Of a DNA stretch of 64,000 nucleotides, positions 46,155-56,828 are shown piece after piece. Location: IMG/VR virus record IMGVR_UViG_2883327909_000009, positions 8,628 to 72,627 of that record; one strand, 5' to 3'. A program made the translations under genes and the position numbers. Below the pieces are notes generated by a model. That model searched no databases, was not told the DNA's origin, and saw only the letters and a list, made by a program, of their open reading frames with translations. How positions within the stretch are numbered: position 1 is the stretch's first letter; every line of letters begins with the position of its first letter. Source of the stretch: a virus.

Positions 46155-46847
46155 ATGACCACCGGCAACGCCATCGTCACCGGCGCTCTCCGCTCCGCCA
46201 CCACCATCATGCCCGGCGAGGGCATCGACGGCGGGGAGGCGGAGAGCGCCCTGGCGGTGCTCAACGCCATGCTGGCGGCGTGGAGCGCGGACGGCCTCAC
46301 GCCCGCCTTCCACACGCTCGAAGGGTTCCCCCTCGTCGTCAACCAGGCGAACTACACCGTCGGCACGGGGGGCAACTTCAACACCGTCCGGCCCGACGAG
46401 GTGTGCGCCGTGTTCCGCCGCGACGCCAACGGGTACGACACGCCCCTCAACCCGTGGACGCGGGAGCAGTGGCTTGCCGACGGGCTGAAATCCAACCAGG
46501 GCACGCCGACCTTCTGGTACTACGACCCCCAATACCCGCTCGGCGTCCTGCGGCTCGACAACGCCCCCACGCTCGCCGAGACGATCTACCTCGACACGCT
46601 CAAGCCGATCAACCAGTTCGCCACCCTCTCGTCCACCATGCTCATGCCCGGCGAGTACGAGGAGGCGATGAAGTACAAGCTCGTGGAGCGCCTCGCGCCG
46701 GAGTACGGCTTCCCGATATCCCAAGACCTCCGCGTCCTCATCACCGAGAGTTTCAAGCGGATCAAGCGGAAGAACTCGAAGCCCGTCCGCGCGACGTTCG
46801 ATCCCGCCCTCCGCGGGAGCGTGCCGTTCAACATTAACAACGGCTAG
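46155..46847 (+). CDS. head-tail adaptor (P22 gp4-like)
   Basis: 'ALAVLNAMLAAW', 'YEEAMKYKLVERLAPEYG'. Confidence 0.75.
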   Translation: MTTGNAIVTGALRSATTIMPGEGIDGGEAESALAVLNAMLAAWSADGLTPAFHTLEGFPLVVNQANYTVGTGGNFNTVRPDEVCAVFRRDANGYDTPLNPWTREQWLADGLKSNQGTPTFWYYDPQYPLGVLRLDNAPTLAETIYLDTLKPINQFATLSSTMLMPGEYEEAMKYKLVERLAPEYGFPISQDLRVLITESFKRIKRKNSKPVRATFDPALRGSVPFNINNG

Positions 46848-46850
46848 CCC

Positions 46851-48299
46851 ATGCCGTCCGTCGCCATACCCTTCTGCGGACAAACCTACACGGACAAGAC
46901 GAAGGCCGCAAACGCCCAGCGGTGCGTCAACCTCTACCCCGTCCGCAGTCCCTCGGCCGACAACGACAACCGGATCGTGCTGTACCCCACGCCCGGCTAC
47001 TCGCAAATCCTGGACACCACCCAGCTCGGCATCGTCGGCTGCGGCGCGCTCCGCTGCGGCATCGAGATCAACGGCACCGTGTACGTGGTCAGCGGCAACC
47101 AATTCCTCGTGCTGACCTACGCGGGCGGTACGTTCACCGCCGTGAGCAAGGGCACGCTCTACACGAGCACCGGCCGTTGCACCGTCGTTTGCAACACGGT
47201 CGAGCTGGCGATATCCGACGGCAAGAACGGCTACGTCTACAACATCGCCGCCGCGACCTTCACCGGCATTTCCGGCGGCGGCTGGCCTTCCTCCGGGGTG
47301 ACGAACTTCGCCTTCATGGACGGCTACGTCCTCGGCGCGCAGAACGGATCGAAGACCCTCATCCAGTCAGGTTTACTCAACGCCGGGAGCTACGGCGCGC
47401 AGGCCTTTGCCGCCGTGACCAGCTTCCCCGACAACCTCACCGCCGTGTTCTCCGACCAGATCAACGTCTACGCCTTCGGGCCGAAACTGGGCGAGGTGCG
47501 GTTCAACGCGGCCAGCATCCCCTTCGCCTTCGAGAAGACGCAAGGCGCGCTCATCCAGGCCGGGTGCGTCAGCCCGCACACGCTCGTCAAGCTCGGCGGC
47601 ACGCTCATGTGGCTCGCCTCGGACGCCCAGGGCCGGGCGTACATCGCGGCGCTGCAAGGCTACACCCCGACGGTCATTTCCACCCCGCCGCTCAACGAGG
47701 TGTTCCAACGCTACGGCAGCGTCACCGACGCCTTCGCCTACGGCTACCGCGAGGGCGACAGCCAGTTCTACGCCATCACCTTCCCGAGCGCGAACGCGAC
47801 GTGGGTGTACGACACCAAGAACGCCCTCTTCCACGAGCGCAGCCAGAACGGCGGGCGCGACCTGCCCGAGTTCTGCCTCCCGTACCTCGACCAGCACCTC
47901 GTCGGCGACCTCGACGGCAAGCTCTACTGGATGAGCCAGAACTACAACACCGACGCCAAGGGGCAGGGCATTTCCCGCTCGCGCACCTGCTCGCACGTCT
48001 CGTCCGACGGCAAGCCGCTGTTCCTGCAAGAGCTGGAGATCATGTACGAGGCGGGCACCGCCCCGCTCACCGGCGCGGGCAGCACGCCGCTCGCCACGCT
48101 GGAAGTCAGCACCGACGGCGGGTTCACCTGGCGGAATGCGGGCACGAAGTCGATGGGGCTCACCGGCCAGTACCGAAACCGCCTCATCTGGCGGCGGCTC
48201 GGCTGGGGCTGGCAGTTCACCTTTCGCCTCACCATCACCGACCCCGCGCGGGTCTACCTCCTCGGCGCGACGGCGCGCATCCAGGCGGGGTACAAATGA
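46851..48299 (+). CDS. tail hub / DNA stabilization protein (P22 gp10-like)
   Basis: 'NAQRCVNLYP', 'LEVSTDGG.TW', 'G..GQY..R..WRRLG'. Confidence 0.85.
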   Translation: MPSVAIPFCGQTYTDKTKAANAQRCVNLYPVRSPSADNDNRIVLYPTPGYSQILDTTQLGIVGCGALRCGIEINGTVYVVSGNQFLVLTYAGGTFTAVSKGTLYTSTGRCTVVCNTVELAISDGKNGYVYNIAAATFTGISGGGWPSSGVTNFAFMDGYVLGAQNGSKTLIQSGLLNAGSYGAQAFAAVTSFPDNLTAVFSDQINVYAFGPKLGEVRFNAASIPFAFEKTQGALIQAGCVSPHTLVKLGGTLMWLASDAQGRAYIAALQGYTPTVISTPPLNEVFQRYGSVTDAFAYGYREGDSQFYAITFPSANATWVYDTKNALFHERSQNGGRDLPEFCLPYLDQHLVGDLDGKLYWMSQNYNTDAKGQGISRSRTCSHVSSDGKPLFLQELEIMYEAGTAPLTGAGSTPLATLEVSTDGGFTWRNAGTKSMGLTGQYRNRLIWRRLGWGWQFTFRLTITDPARVYLLGATARIQAGYK

Positions 48300-48730
48300 C
48301 GACGATCCAACCCATCACCCAAACGCAGCAGCTCGTCGAGCAGAACGCCACCGTCACCGTCGAGTTCAAGCGGTACCTCGACCAACTCTTGGAGCGGGTC
48401 GGCGGCACCAAGGGCGGCAGCTACGTCGGCCTGACCGAAGACGCCATCGTCATCTGGGACGTGGACAAGAAGCCGACGGCCTACCTGCTGCTCACCGGCA
48501 ACCGCTCGATGGCCGATCCGGTCAACATGGTGCCCGGCATGCCGATCCTCCGCCTGACCATCGTGCAGGACGGCGTCGGCGGCCACACGCTCAGCTGGGG
48601 GCCGAGCTACAAGTTCCCCTCCGGCCTCGCGCCCTCCCTGTCCGCAGGGGGCAACGCCGTGGACGAGTTGTGGTTCTCCACCGACGGCACCAACATGAAG
48701 CTCATCACCGGCGCAAAGGACTTGAGGTAA
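48296..48730 (+). CDS. phage structural protein
   Basis: ATGA coupling in tail module. Confidence 0.65.
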   Translation: MTTIQPITQTQQLVEQNATVTVEFKRYLDQLLERVGGTKGGSYVGLTEDAIVIWDVDKKPTAYLLLTGNRSMADPVNMVPGMPILRLTIVQDGVGGHTLSWGPSYKFPSGLAPSLSAGGNAVDELWFSTDGTNMKLITGAKDLR

Positions 48731-48733
48731 CAC

Positions 48734-50173
48734 ATGCCAGGCACATTCGACGACCCGGACGGGCTCAACTTCGGGGGCGCAAGCCCAAACCCGATCCTCG
48801 GCCAGATCGCCGCGTACAAGCAGAAGCTGGGCGACTTCAACACCTACGCCAACCAACTCGCCGACCAGTACGGGGCGCAGAACTACTACAAGATGCCCGA
48901 CCTCGTCGCCCGCAAGGACGCCCTGGACAGCGAGTACACCACGCTGCTCGACGGCCTCAACAAGAGCGGGTACGGCCAGACCGGCGCGTTGAACAAGTAT
49001 AACGCGGGCGGTACGGCCAACACCTCCGGCTACGACGCCATCGACCCGACCAAGGACGCGGAAACGCTCAACGGCTTCACCGCGCCCGTCCTCGGCGGCC
49101 ACAACCAGGGGAACGCCTTCACCAGCGCCCTGAAAACGGCGGTGCCCATCGGGCTGAGCCTCATCCCCGGCCTGACCCCGGCCATCGGCGGCCTGTTCGG
49201 AGCCACCGGCGCGACGGCCGGCGCAATCGGCGGCGGCCTGTTGGGTGCGGCCACCGGCGCGGCGACGGGCGGGGGAAAGGGCGCGCTCATCGGCGGCCTG
49301 ACGGGCGGGCTGGGCGGCTACTTCGGCAACGGCGGGCTTTCAGACCTCACGGGCGGCGGCGGCTTGTCCGGCCTGGGGAAATCACTCGGCCTCGACGACC
49401 TGTTCGGCTCCACCAGCCTTTCATCCCAGCCCCTCGACCTCGGCAGTTTCGGCGGCGGCGCAACGGACAACCCCTTCGTACAAGCCGCCCGCTCGGGCGT
49501 GTCCGACGCCGCCACGGCCGCCACCGGCAACGCCCTGGCCGGGGTGACCAACACCGCGTCCGGCGCGACCGGCGGCGGGGGCACGCTGGGCGGATTTTTC
49601 AAAGACCCAATCGGGAGCATCAAGACCATGGCCACAGACGCGATCAGCCCTACCAACCTCCTCAAATCCGGCATCAAGTACGGCCTCGCCGACTTCCTTT
49701 CCAAGGACAACAGCAAGGGCTACGGCGCGATCCAGAACGCCGCGAACGAGAACGCCGCCCTGTACCAGCCCTATCTTCAATCCGGCACTGCGGCTCAGAA
49801 CCAACTCGCCAACCTCTACGGGTTCAACGGTCAGGACGCCGCCACCGCCGCCATGAGCCAATTCCAGACCGACCCCGGCTATCAGTTCGCCCGCCAGCAG
49901 GGTATCGACGCCCTGGATGCCAGTGCGGCCAGGCGCGGGCTTCTCGTTTCCGGCAACAACCAGCAGGCCGTCCAAGATTTCGGCACGAACCTCGCCAACC
50001 AGCAGTACGGCAACTACCTCGCCCGCCTCACCGGCCTGGCCAACACCGGCCTGACGGCTGCCGACGACACGGGATCGAGCAACATTTACGGGGCGTCCGC
50101 ACAAGCCGCCGCGAGCAAGCTCAAGGCCGACAACTCGAACAACCTGCTCTACCGCGCACTCGGCTTGATCTAG
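48734..50173 (+). CDS. DNA injection/pilot protein (P22 gp7-like)
   Basis: Gly-rich; 'YQPYLQSG..A..QL...FQTDPGYQF..QQG'. Confidence 0.75.
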   Translation: MPGTFDDPDGLNFGGASPNPILGQIAAYKQKLGDFNTYANQLADQYGAQNYYKMPDLVARKDALDSEYTTLLDGLNKSGYGQTGALNKYNAGGTANTSGYDAIDPTKDAETLNGFTAPVLGGHNQGNAFTSALKTAVPIGLSLIPGLTPAIGGLFGATGATAGAIGGGLLGAATGAATGGGKGALIGGLTGGLGGYFGNGGLSDLTGGGGLSGLGKSLGLDDLFGSTSLSSQPLDLGSFGGGATDNPFVQAARSGVSDAATAATGNALAGVTNTASGATGGGGTLGGFFKDPIGSIKTMATDAISPTNLLKSGIKYGLADFLSKDNSKGYGAIQNAANENAALYQPYLQSGTAAQNQLANLYGFNGQDAATAAMSQFQTDPGYQFARQQGIDALDASAARRGLLVSGNNQQAVQDFGTNLANQQYGNYLARLTGLANTGLTAADDTGSSNIYGASAQAAASKLKADNSNNLLYRALGLI

Positions 50174-50185
50174 GAAGGGAACCCC

Positions 50186-51565
50186 ATGGCGATTGCCTAC
50201 AACTACGGCCTGCTCCAGGCCATCGCGCCGGAGAGCGCCAACGACCAGATCGGAGCCGTCGAGCAGAGCGCCCTGCGCCAAACGCAGAACCAGCTGGCGC
50301 AACAGCAGGCCCAAGCCGCCGCGATCCAGAACCAGTTCGCCCCTCAACTCAATCAGGTCAAACTCAAAGGGGAGCAAGATGCCCTTGAGAGCGCCCAGGC
50401 GGCCAAACTCGGCTCACTGCTCCAGAGCATCGACGCCATCCCCGACCCCGACCGGCGGCAGACCATGTACTCCAGCATGCTGCCGGTGTTCAAGAAGGTC
50501 GCGCCCGCGTTCGAACTGCCCGACGAGTACAACCCGGACATTACCGGCGTGGTGGCGGGGAGCGCGATTGATCCCAAGACGCGAATGGAGCAGCAGATCG
50601 GTTTGCAAAAAGCGCAATTGCTTGCGGGGACAAAAACCAACCAAGTGACGAGCGACGCCGATGGCAGCAAGTTCATCGTTAACAAAGTCACCGGAGAAAT
50701 TACCCCCTTCTCGGGCAGTCCGACACCCGAGAGTGGCGGTGTATTCCCGGCGGCCGACGGAGGCACGCCTCAACCGCCCGCATTCGGCTTTTCTCCCGTC
50801 GGCCTTGATCCCATGGCTCGTAAGAAGCAGATGGACACGGACGCCAAGCGGTTGCAGGCCTATCAGAACAACAAGCAGAAGGCGGAAAACGCCCTCCGCG
50901 CTCTCGACACGATGGAGCCGAACCTCGACAACTTCCGCACCGGCTCCGGCGGCGACTTCCGCATGAACCTGGACAAAGCCGCCGACGCATTCCTTCCGGG
51001 TGATGGGTTCAAAGCGAGTGCCGACGCGGCTAACAACATCGACAAGTCCAGTAACGATCTCGTGACGGAGCTTCAAGGATTTCAGTACGTCCCCGGCCAA
51101 CGGGGCAGCGTTCTGGGGCTACGCACCCTGCTAGCCAGCAAGCCCGGCGTTGGGCAGCAGGTAGAAACCAACAAGAACATCGTTGGCGGCTTGCGAAGCA
51201 AACTCAATAACTACCTGCTCTCGGAAGAACTTGCCCAGCAGTACAAGGAGGCCAACCCGTTTAAGTTGATCGACTCGAATGCCGAGAAGCTCGACGACGC
51301 CTTGAAGGCGCTTTACCCGCTCGAAACCATTGACCAAAAGAGCGGGAAAGTCACCTTCCACCCGGAAAGTGTCGAACGTATTCGAGCGGCCATTCCGGAT
51401 GCCATCGCCAACCCGCAAAAGTACCTCCAGGCCGTGCAGCAGCAAGGCAACACAGGTGCCGGGCCGTCTCAGCCGGTGACGGCACCCAAAGTCGGAACGG
51501 TCGAAGATGGGCACGTTTTCCTGGGCGGCGACCCGGCTGATCCCAACTCGTGGAAGGCTCAGTAA
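50186..51565 (+). CDS. putative DNA injection protein
   Basis: position; ends 'PKVGTVEDGHVFLGGDPADPNSW'. Confidence 0.65.
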   Translation: MAIAYNYGLLQAIAPESANDQIGAVEQSALRQTQNQLAQQQAQAAAIQNQFAPQLNQVKLKGEQDALESAQAAKLGSLLQSIDAIPDPDRRQTMYSSMLPVFKKVAPAFELPDEYNPDITGVVAGSAIDPKTRMEQQIGLQKAQLLAGTKTNQVTSDADGSKFIVNKVTGEITPFSGSPTPESGGVFPAADGGTPQPPAFGFSPVGLDPMARKKQMDTDAKRLQAYQNNKQKAENALRALDTMEPNLDNFRTGSGGDFRMNLDKAADAFLPGDGFKASADAANNIDKSSNDLVTELQGFQYVPGQRGSVLGLRTLLASKPGVGQQVETNKNIVGGLRSKLNNYLLSEELAQQYKEANPFKLIDSNAEKLDDALKALYPLETIDQKSGKVTFHPESVERIRAAIPDAIANPQKYLQAVQQQGNTGAGPSQPVTAPKVGTVEDGHVFLGGDPADPNSWKAQ

Positions 51566-54216
51566 TGGGCGGCCCCTGGGAGAAGTACCAACAAGCCGCT
51601 CCAGCGGATTCGCAAGCGGATGCTGGCCCGTGGACGAAATACCAGCAGACTTCCACCCCTGTCCCATCGCCAAAATCTGACGAGAACGCCGCACAGCCGG
51701 ATGACTCGATTGCCGGAGGCATCTACCGAGGTCTCGCGGGTCGCGGCGTCGGCATTATCCAGACGCTCGACGACTTGAGCGGTCAGAACATCCTCTCGCC
51801 TGCCTACCGCGAAGCCGCCGGACGGTTTGCCAAACAACTAAAGGACGAGGGCAAGGGCACCGGCTTGAAAGGCGTGGTCACCGAGGCCATCGGCGATCCG
51901 GCGAATTGGATCAACCCAACCGGCATGGGCATGGTCAAGGCCGGGGCCGTGATGGGTGGCGCGTCCGCCATAACCGCCCCTCAGGAGGACGACACCGGCA
52001 TCGGCAACCGCTTAGAAGAGGGCGCTACCGGTGCGGCAGTTGGAGCCATCGCCGCGCCCATCATCGGCCGGGCGACCGGCGCAGTTGGTGACGCAGCGCA
52101 GTACCTCGCCAACAAGACCGGTCTCACTGGCGCGGTGACAGGAATTCTCCAGAAATACGGACGGAACCCGAGCGGCACCGCCCTTTATCAAGCAGCCCAG
52201 GATGCGGGTTTGAGCATCAAGGGCAAGACGCCTCAGGAAATCCACTCCGACTTGCAGAATTGGCTGGCTCAAAATATCAACCAGATCGCGGACGGCGTAT
52301 CTACCAAGCCGCTAAATTCGCTCGGCGCGACCATGCAAGTAGCCGATGCCGTTAGCAATGCGTCGAAGGCGAGCTCTAACGCATACGCCGACGCCTACAA
52401 GGCGGCCGATGGGCAGACCTTGACCGCCCCGGAAGTCCTTGATTCTCTCGACTCCCTGATTGCCGCCGCCGAAAAGAATGCAGCCCCCGGCACGAGCGAC
52501 AATCAGGCCTTAATCAAACTGAGGGCGCTCCGGGATTCCATTTTGCCCCAAGAAACCCCCGTGAAGGGCGGAGGAGGGGCGACCGGAAGACGGTCACCGG
52601 TCACCGTCACCGACCGGGTGGATACGGTTCTTCCCAACGACAGTACGGCATCGTCGCTCGACAATTACTCAATCGGTTACCCCACGCGCCGGAGAACGGA
52701 CGAGATTACTCGGGAAGTGAAAAGCGGTTACGAGTTGCCCATAACTGCCTCGAATTCTCCGGCGTCGAGGGCCGTTCCCAACATCGACTACGCCACCGGC
52801 ACACCCATTCGGCGGGATGGGACAGTCGGTGTCGCCGACCTGCTCGACCTGCGAAAAATCCTCAACGAAGGCTTCGACCCATCCAGGTACGCCACCTCCG
52901 GTGATGCGAAGGTCGGAGAATTCGCCTCCACGATTCGAGCTGCTCTATCAAAAGCCGGAGATGCCAACCCCGAGTTCGGACAGAAATTGGCGGACGCAGA
53001 CGCCCTTCACTCCGAAGTATCGAGGACGCTCAAGGCGAATGAGGTGCTGGACAAGATGTTCACCCCGGAAGACTACCAGGCGTTTAAAGCCTTGGATCGC
53101 GGCCAACCCCTCCCTGACGCCACCCGCCAGCGGGCCGCCGGGCTGCTCGACAACATTAAAACGCCTGACGATCTCGCGGCCATTACGCGCGGCCTGAACG
53201 GGGGCACCGCCAACGCGCTACGAGCCGCGAAGTTCAGGCAGTTGATGCAAGACAGCGGCCTCACCGACCTGAACCTGGACGAGAACTACGACCTTATCAA
53301 GGCCTCACTGCGAAACGATCCCGCCGCGCTCAAACTCCTCGAAGACTCGAAAGTGCTGACCGACGAATTGAACCGGCGTGGCGTTCCAACCGACCCGGAT
53401 TTCAGCGAGAAATCGAGCCGCCTCGGCGAAGCCGGTCGTGCGGTCTGGAGCGCCCTGTCCGGTCACCCGCTCTACGCCATCAAGCACGCCCTCGGCGCGT
53501 TCAATCCTCCGCCGACGGGGGAGCAACAGCAGCTGACCCGTTTTGCTTCTGATCTGGCTATGGGCGTTCCGAATGCTACCGCCGTGCGAGACGTGGCGGG
53601 CGCGGCAGGACGAATGCTTGGCAACGCCAGCGCCGACACGCTCGGAAGGGGTTACGGGCAAGACGCCGGGCAACCCACCCGCGTCACAATCCGCCCGCAG
53701 GACGACCTCCCGCCCGTCAACCTGCCGCAAGTCGCCCCAGTAACACTCGACGAAGACCCAGCGCCCCCGTCGCTCATCGACCGCATGACGCAGGCGGAAT
53801 CCAGCGGAAACGTGAACGCGAAGAACCCGAAGGGTAGCGCCAGCGGAATCCTTGGCTTCACCGACGGCACCTGGGCGCTCGCCGTGGCCAAATGGGGCAA
53901 GCAAACCGGCCTCACTCTCAAGGACAAGAACAATCCGGAAGCCCAAGCCGTGATGGGTAACCTGCTGGCGCAGGACAACGCCCGCATCCTCAACAAGAAG
54001 TTGGGCCGCGAGCCGACGGACGGCGAAGTCTACGCCGCCCACTTCCTCGGCGCGGGCGACGCCGCCAAGCTCATCGCCGCCCAGGGCACGGGCAAGGACG
54101 CCGTCCTCCTCTTCCCCCGCAAGGTCATCAACGACAACCGCCCCATCTTCTTCGACAAGAAGCGCCCCCGCTCGGTCGAGGAGGTGTACGCCCTGCTCAA
54201 CGAAAAAGTCAGTTAA
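51565..54216 (+). CDS. large injection protein with C-terminal lytic transglycosylase-like domain
   Basis: starts 'GPWEKYQ'; 'AESSGN.NAKNP..SASG..GF...TW...YAAHFLG'. Confidence 0.75.
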   Translation: MGGPWEKYQQAAPADSQADAGPWTKYQQTSTPVPSPKSDENAAQPDDSIAGGIYRGLAGRGVGIIQTLDDLSGQNILSPAYREAAGRFAKQLKDEGKGTGLKGVVTEAIGDPANWINPTGMGMVKAGAVMGGASAITAPQEDDTGIGNRLEEGATGAAVGAIAAPIIGRATGAVGDAAQYLANKTGLTGAVTGILQKYGRNPSGTALYQAAQDAGLSIKGKTPQEIHSDLQNWLAQNINQIADGVSTKPLNSLGATMQVADAVSNASKASSNAYADAYKAADGQTLTAPEVLDSLDSLIAAAEKNAAPGTSDNQALIKLRALRDSILPQETPVKGGGGATGRRSPVTVTDRVDTVLPNDSTASSLDNYSIGYPTRRRTDEITREVKSGYELPITASNSPASRAVPNIDYATGTPIRRDGTVGVADLLDLRKILNEGFDPSRYATSGDAKVGEFASTIRAALSKAGDANPEFGQKLADADALHSEVSRTLKANEVLDKMFTPEDYQAFKALDRGQPLPDATRQRAAGLLDNIKTPDDLAAITRGLNGGTANALRAAKFRQLMQDSGLTDLNLDENYDLIKASLRNDPAALKLLEDSKVLTDELNRRGVPTDPDFSEKSSRLGEAGRAVWSALSGHPLYAIKHALGAFNPPPTGEQQQLTRFASDLAMGVPNATAVRDVAGAAGRMLGNASADTLGRGYGQDAGQPTRVTIRPQDDLPPVNLPQVAPVTLDEDPAPPSLIDRMTQAESSGNVNAKNPKGSASGILGFTDGTWALAVAKWGKQTGLTLKDKNNPEAQAVMGNLLAQDNARILNKKLGREPTDGEVYAAHFLGAGDAAKLIAAQGTGKDAVLLFPRKVINDNRPIFFDKKRPRSVEEVYALLNEKVS

Positions 54217-54240
54217 CCAACTCACAGAAGGAACCCGTCC

Positions 54241-54573
54241 ATGGTCGCCATCGTCTACCCCAACTTCTCCTGGCCCGCCGCCGGAACCACGTCGAAGGCC
54301 GAGAAAATCGCCGGGAGCACCATCGCGGGCATCCGCATCCCCTCGGGGTTCAGCGGCACGTCGCTCACCTTCTTGGCGTGTGACGCCATCGACGGCACGT
54401 ACACCACGGTCAAGGACACGACCGGGGCGACAATCACCGTCACGGTCAGCGGTGCCGGGCACCACGTCGTCCTCCCCGCCAACTTCGCCAGCGTCGAGTT
54501 CTTGAAGCTCGTCTCCAGCGCCAGCGAGGCGGCCAACACGGTCGTCAAACTCTGCGTCCGCGAATGCCTGTAG
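54241..54573 (+). CDS. phage structural protein
   Basis: beta-rich, AAGGA RBS. Confidence 0.6.
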   Translation: MVAIVYPNFSWPAAGTTSKAEKIAGSTIAGIRIPSGFSGTSLTFLACDAIDGTYTTVKDTTGATITVTVSGAGHHVVLPANFASVEFLKLVSSASEAANTVVKLCVRECL

Positions 54574-54602
54574 TCCACCATTTCAGCCCGTTGAGGTAGT
54601 CC

Positions 54603-55988
54603 ATGTCGATTGTGTCCGTGCCGGTTGTCCGGTGCTTCTACCAGGGGCAGGTGGCCCCGAACGCCCAGGTGACCGTGTACCAAACCGGCACGACGAATAA
54701 GGTGATCGTCTATTCCGACGCCGCACTTACGGTCCCGATTAGTAATCCCGTGTCGGCCAACTCCAACGGCGAGGCCGGGTTCTACACCGCCAACACAGTC
54801 GCCCTCCGGCTCGACATCACCACATCGGGCGGCCAGGCCATCGGCACCTACGATCCCGTCTACCCGCTCGACTTCACCGGGGCGATTGCCACCTTCGTCG
54901 GCGATTCCGGCTCCGGAGGGGTTAAAGGCCTCGTCCCCGCACCGGCTTCGGGCGACGCGGCGGCCAACAAGTTCCTCTCGGCCAACGGCACGTTCCAAGC
55001 CGTCTCCTCCGTCTTCAACTACGTCAACAAGTTCATCAACAGCTCCATGGACGTGTGGCAACTCGGCACATCCGGCACCATCACGGCGGGTACGCCCTCC
55101 TACACGGCCGACGGGTGGATGGTCGGCTGCACCGGCGCGAACGTCACCTGGAGCCAAACCGGGCAGCGGGGCAACACTGCCTACGGCCTCAAAGTGACCG
55201 GGGCGGCGAGTGTGACGGGCGTGTTCTTCCGCCAGCGGATCGAAAGCCTGGCCTGTGCGAGCTTGCGGGACAGCGGGCCGAAACAAGTCACCATCCAGCA
55301 GCGGATTTACAACGGCACGGGGGGCGCGTTCATCCCGACGCTGACCGTCAAGCACGCCAACGCCGCCGACAACTGGACGGCCTCCACCACCGACGTAAAC
55401 GCGGTCAACCTTCAAACCTGCCCGGACGGTGCCCAAACGACCGTGGCCTACACGTTCACCACCCAGAGCGGCACGGCCAACGGGTTGGAAATCACCATCG
55501 ACTGCGGGAACAACTTCACCACCACCGGCAAGTCGGTCGAAATGAGCGAGCCCGACATCCGCGTCACGGCGGGCGTGCCAACCGGCCTCAACGCCTCGCC
55601 GCCCACCGTGGACTTCCGCCCGACGGCCACCGAGCTGGCCATCTGCCAGCGCTACCTGCCGTCGTTCGCCGCCTCTTCCGTCGGCAGCACCCTCGGTACC
55701 GCCGGGCTAACATCGTCCACCGTGGGGCGGATCACCCTCCCGTTCCCCGTGCAAACTCGCATCGCCCCGACCGGGGTTGCCGGGATTTCGATCACCACTC
55801 CGAGCCAGGTGTCGGTCGCCAACGCGAGCGGCGCGGTCGGCTGCACGACCCTCACCTTCCGCGAGGCGAGCACACTGGCCGCGACGCTCGACTTTACCAA
55901 CTCGGGCGGATTCACCGGCGGGCAAATCGCCTGGGCCACCTTCGCCAGTGGCTCCGGGCGGATCGTGTTCACGGGGGCACAGCTATGA
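54603..55988 (+). CDS. tail fibre/spike
   Basis: P22-like head-binding N-terminus ('VTVYQTGTT.....YSD...T..ISNP..A...G'); C-terminal 'ELAICQRY'. Confidence 0.8.
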   Translation: MSIVSVPVVRCFYQGQVAPNAQVTVYQTGTTNKVIVYSDAALTVPISNPVSANSNGEAGFYTANTVALRLDITTSGGQAIGTYDPVYPLDFTGAIATFVGDSGSGGVKGLVPAPASGDAAANKFLSANGTFQAVSSVFNYVNKFINSSMDVWQLGTSGTITAGTPSYTADGWMVGCTGANVTWSQTGQRGNTAYGLKVTGAASVTGVFFRQRIESLACASLRDSGPKQVTIQQRIYNGTGGAFIPTLTVKHANAADNWTASTTDVNAVNLQTCPDGAQTTVAYTFTTQSGTANGLEITIDCGNNFTTTGKSVEMSEPDIRVTAGVPTGLNASPPTVDFRPTATELAICQRYLPSFAASSVGSTLGTAGLTSSTVGRITLPFPVQTRIAPTGVAGISITTPSQVSVANASGAVGCTTLTFREASTLAATLDFTNSGGFTGGQIAWATFASGSGRIVFTGAQL

Positions 55989-56338
55989 CCAACGAAGAGC
56001 TAATGAATTGGGCATTCCCAGGATTCGTTACCGCCTGCATGGTCGTCATCGGGTTCTTCATCGCCCGGCTGATTCGAGGCTTTGACGACATGGAAAAGTC
56101 AGCCGCCCAATGCAAGGTCGAGCAGGCGACCATCAAGGGCGACATCGGCCGCGACATCAGCCAGCTCCGCTACCACCTGGCCGAGAACTACGCCACCAAA
56201 CTCGACGCCAACCAGCTCCGCAGTGAGGCGCTGGCCATTCGCGCCGAGACGCACGCCAGCCTGGAGCGCATCCACGAGCGGATCGACCAGCTTCCGAAGG
56301 AAATTATCAGCCTCGTGAGGAAAGGGAGCATCGAATGA
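55985..56338 (+). CDS. membrane-anchored coiled-coil lysis-cassette protein
   Basis: single TM + coiled coil, coupled to endolysin. Confidence 0.6.
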   Translation: MTNEELMNWAFPGFVTACMVVIGFFIARLIRGFDDMEKSAAQCKVEQATIKGDIGRDISQLRYHLAENYATKLDANQLRSEALAIRAETHASLERIHERIDQLPKEIISLVRKGSIE

Positions 56339-56826
56339 GTGAGGACTTCGACAAGGCGTTCGCCACGCTGATGAAGCTGGAGGGCGGCTACGTCAACGAT
56401 GCTGCGGATGACGGCGGCGAGACCAACTTCGGCATCAGCAAAGCCCAGTACCCGAACGTGGACGTGGCGCACCTGACCCAAGACCAGGCAAAGGCAATCT
56501 ACCGCAAGGACTTCTGGGACAAGTTTCGTTGCGGCGACATGCCGTTCCCCATCGGCGGGCTGCTGTTCGACTGTGTCGTGAACCACAACCCAACCAACCC
56601 GGTCAAGTGGATGCAAAGCAACATCGGCGTCCTGGCCGACGGGATCATCGGGCCGCGCACCGTGGCCGCCGCCCAAGCCAGCCGCGACCCCGTCGGCGTG
56701 GCGACCGAGATGACGGTCAAGCGCGTGGAGTACGTGAAAACCTTGCCCGACTACCCGCGGTTCGGCAAGGGGTGGCACGCCCGTCACGTCCGCGCGTTGA
56801 GTGCGGCCATCAGCAACTGGAGGTAG
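56335..56826 (+). CDS. GH108 endolysin with peptidoglycan-binding domain
   Basis: 'LEGGYVND..D.GGETNFGIS', 'DGIIGPRT', 'FGKGW'. Confidence 0.92.
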   Translation: MSEDFDKAFATLMKLEGGYVNDAADDGGETNFGISKAQYPNVDVAHLTQDQAKAIYRKDFWDKFRCGDMPFPIGGLLFDCVVNHNPTNPVKWMQSNIGVLADGIIGPRTVAAAQASRDPVGVATEMTVKRVEYVKTLPDYPRFGKGWHARHVRALSAAISNWR

Positions 56827-56828
56827 CC

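Noticed and set aside
37377-48730. Long alternative-frame/antisense ORFs (e.g. 37377-38585, 45897-47102, 46922-48730)
   Set aside because: Arg/Pro/Gly-rich shadows of high-GC3 structural genes; no RBS or motifs
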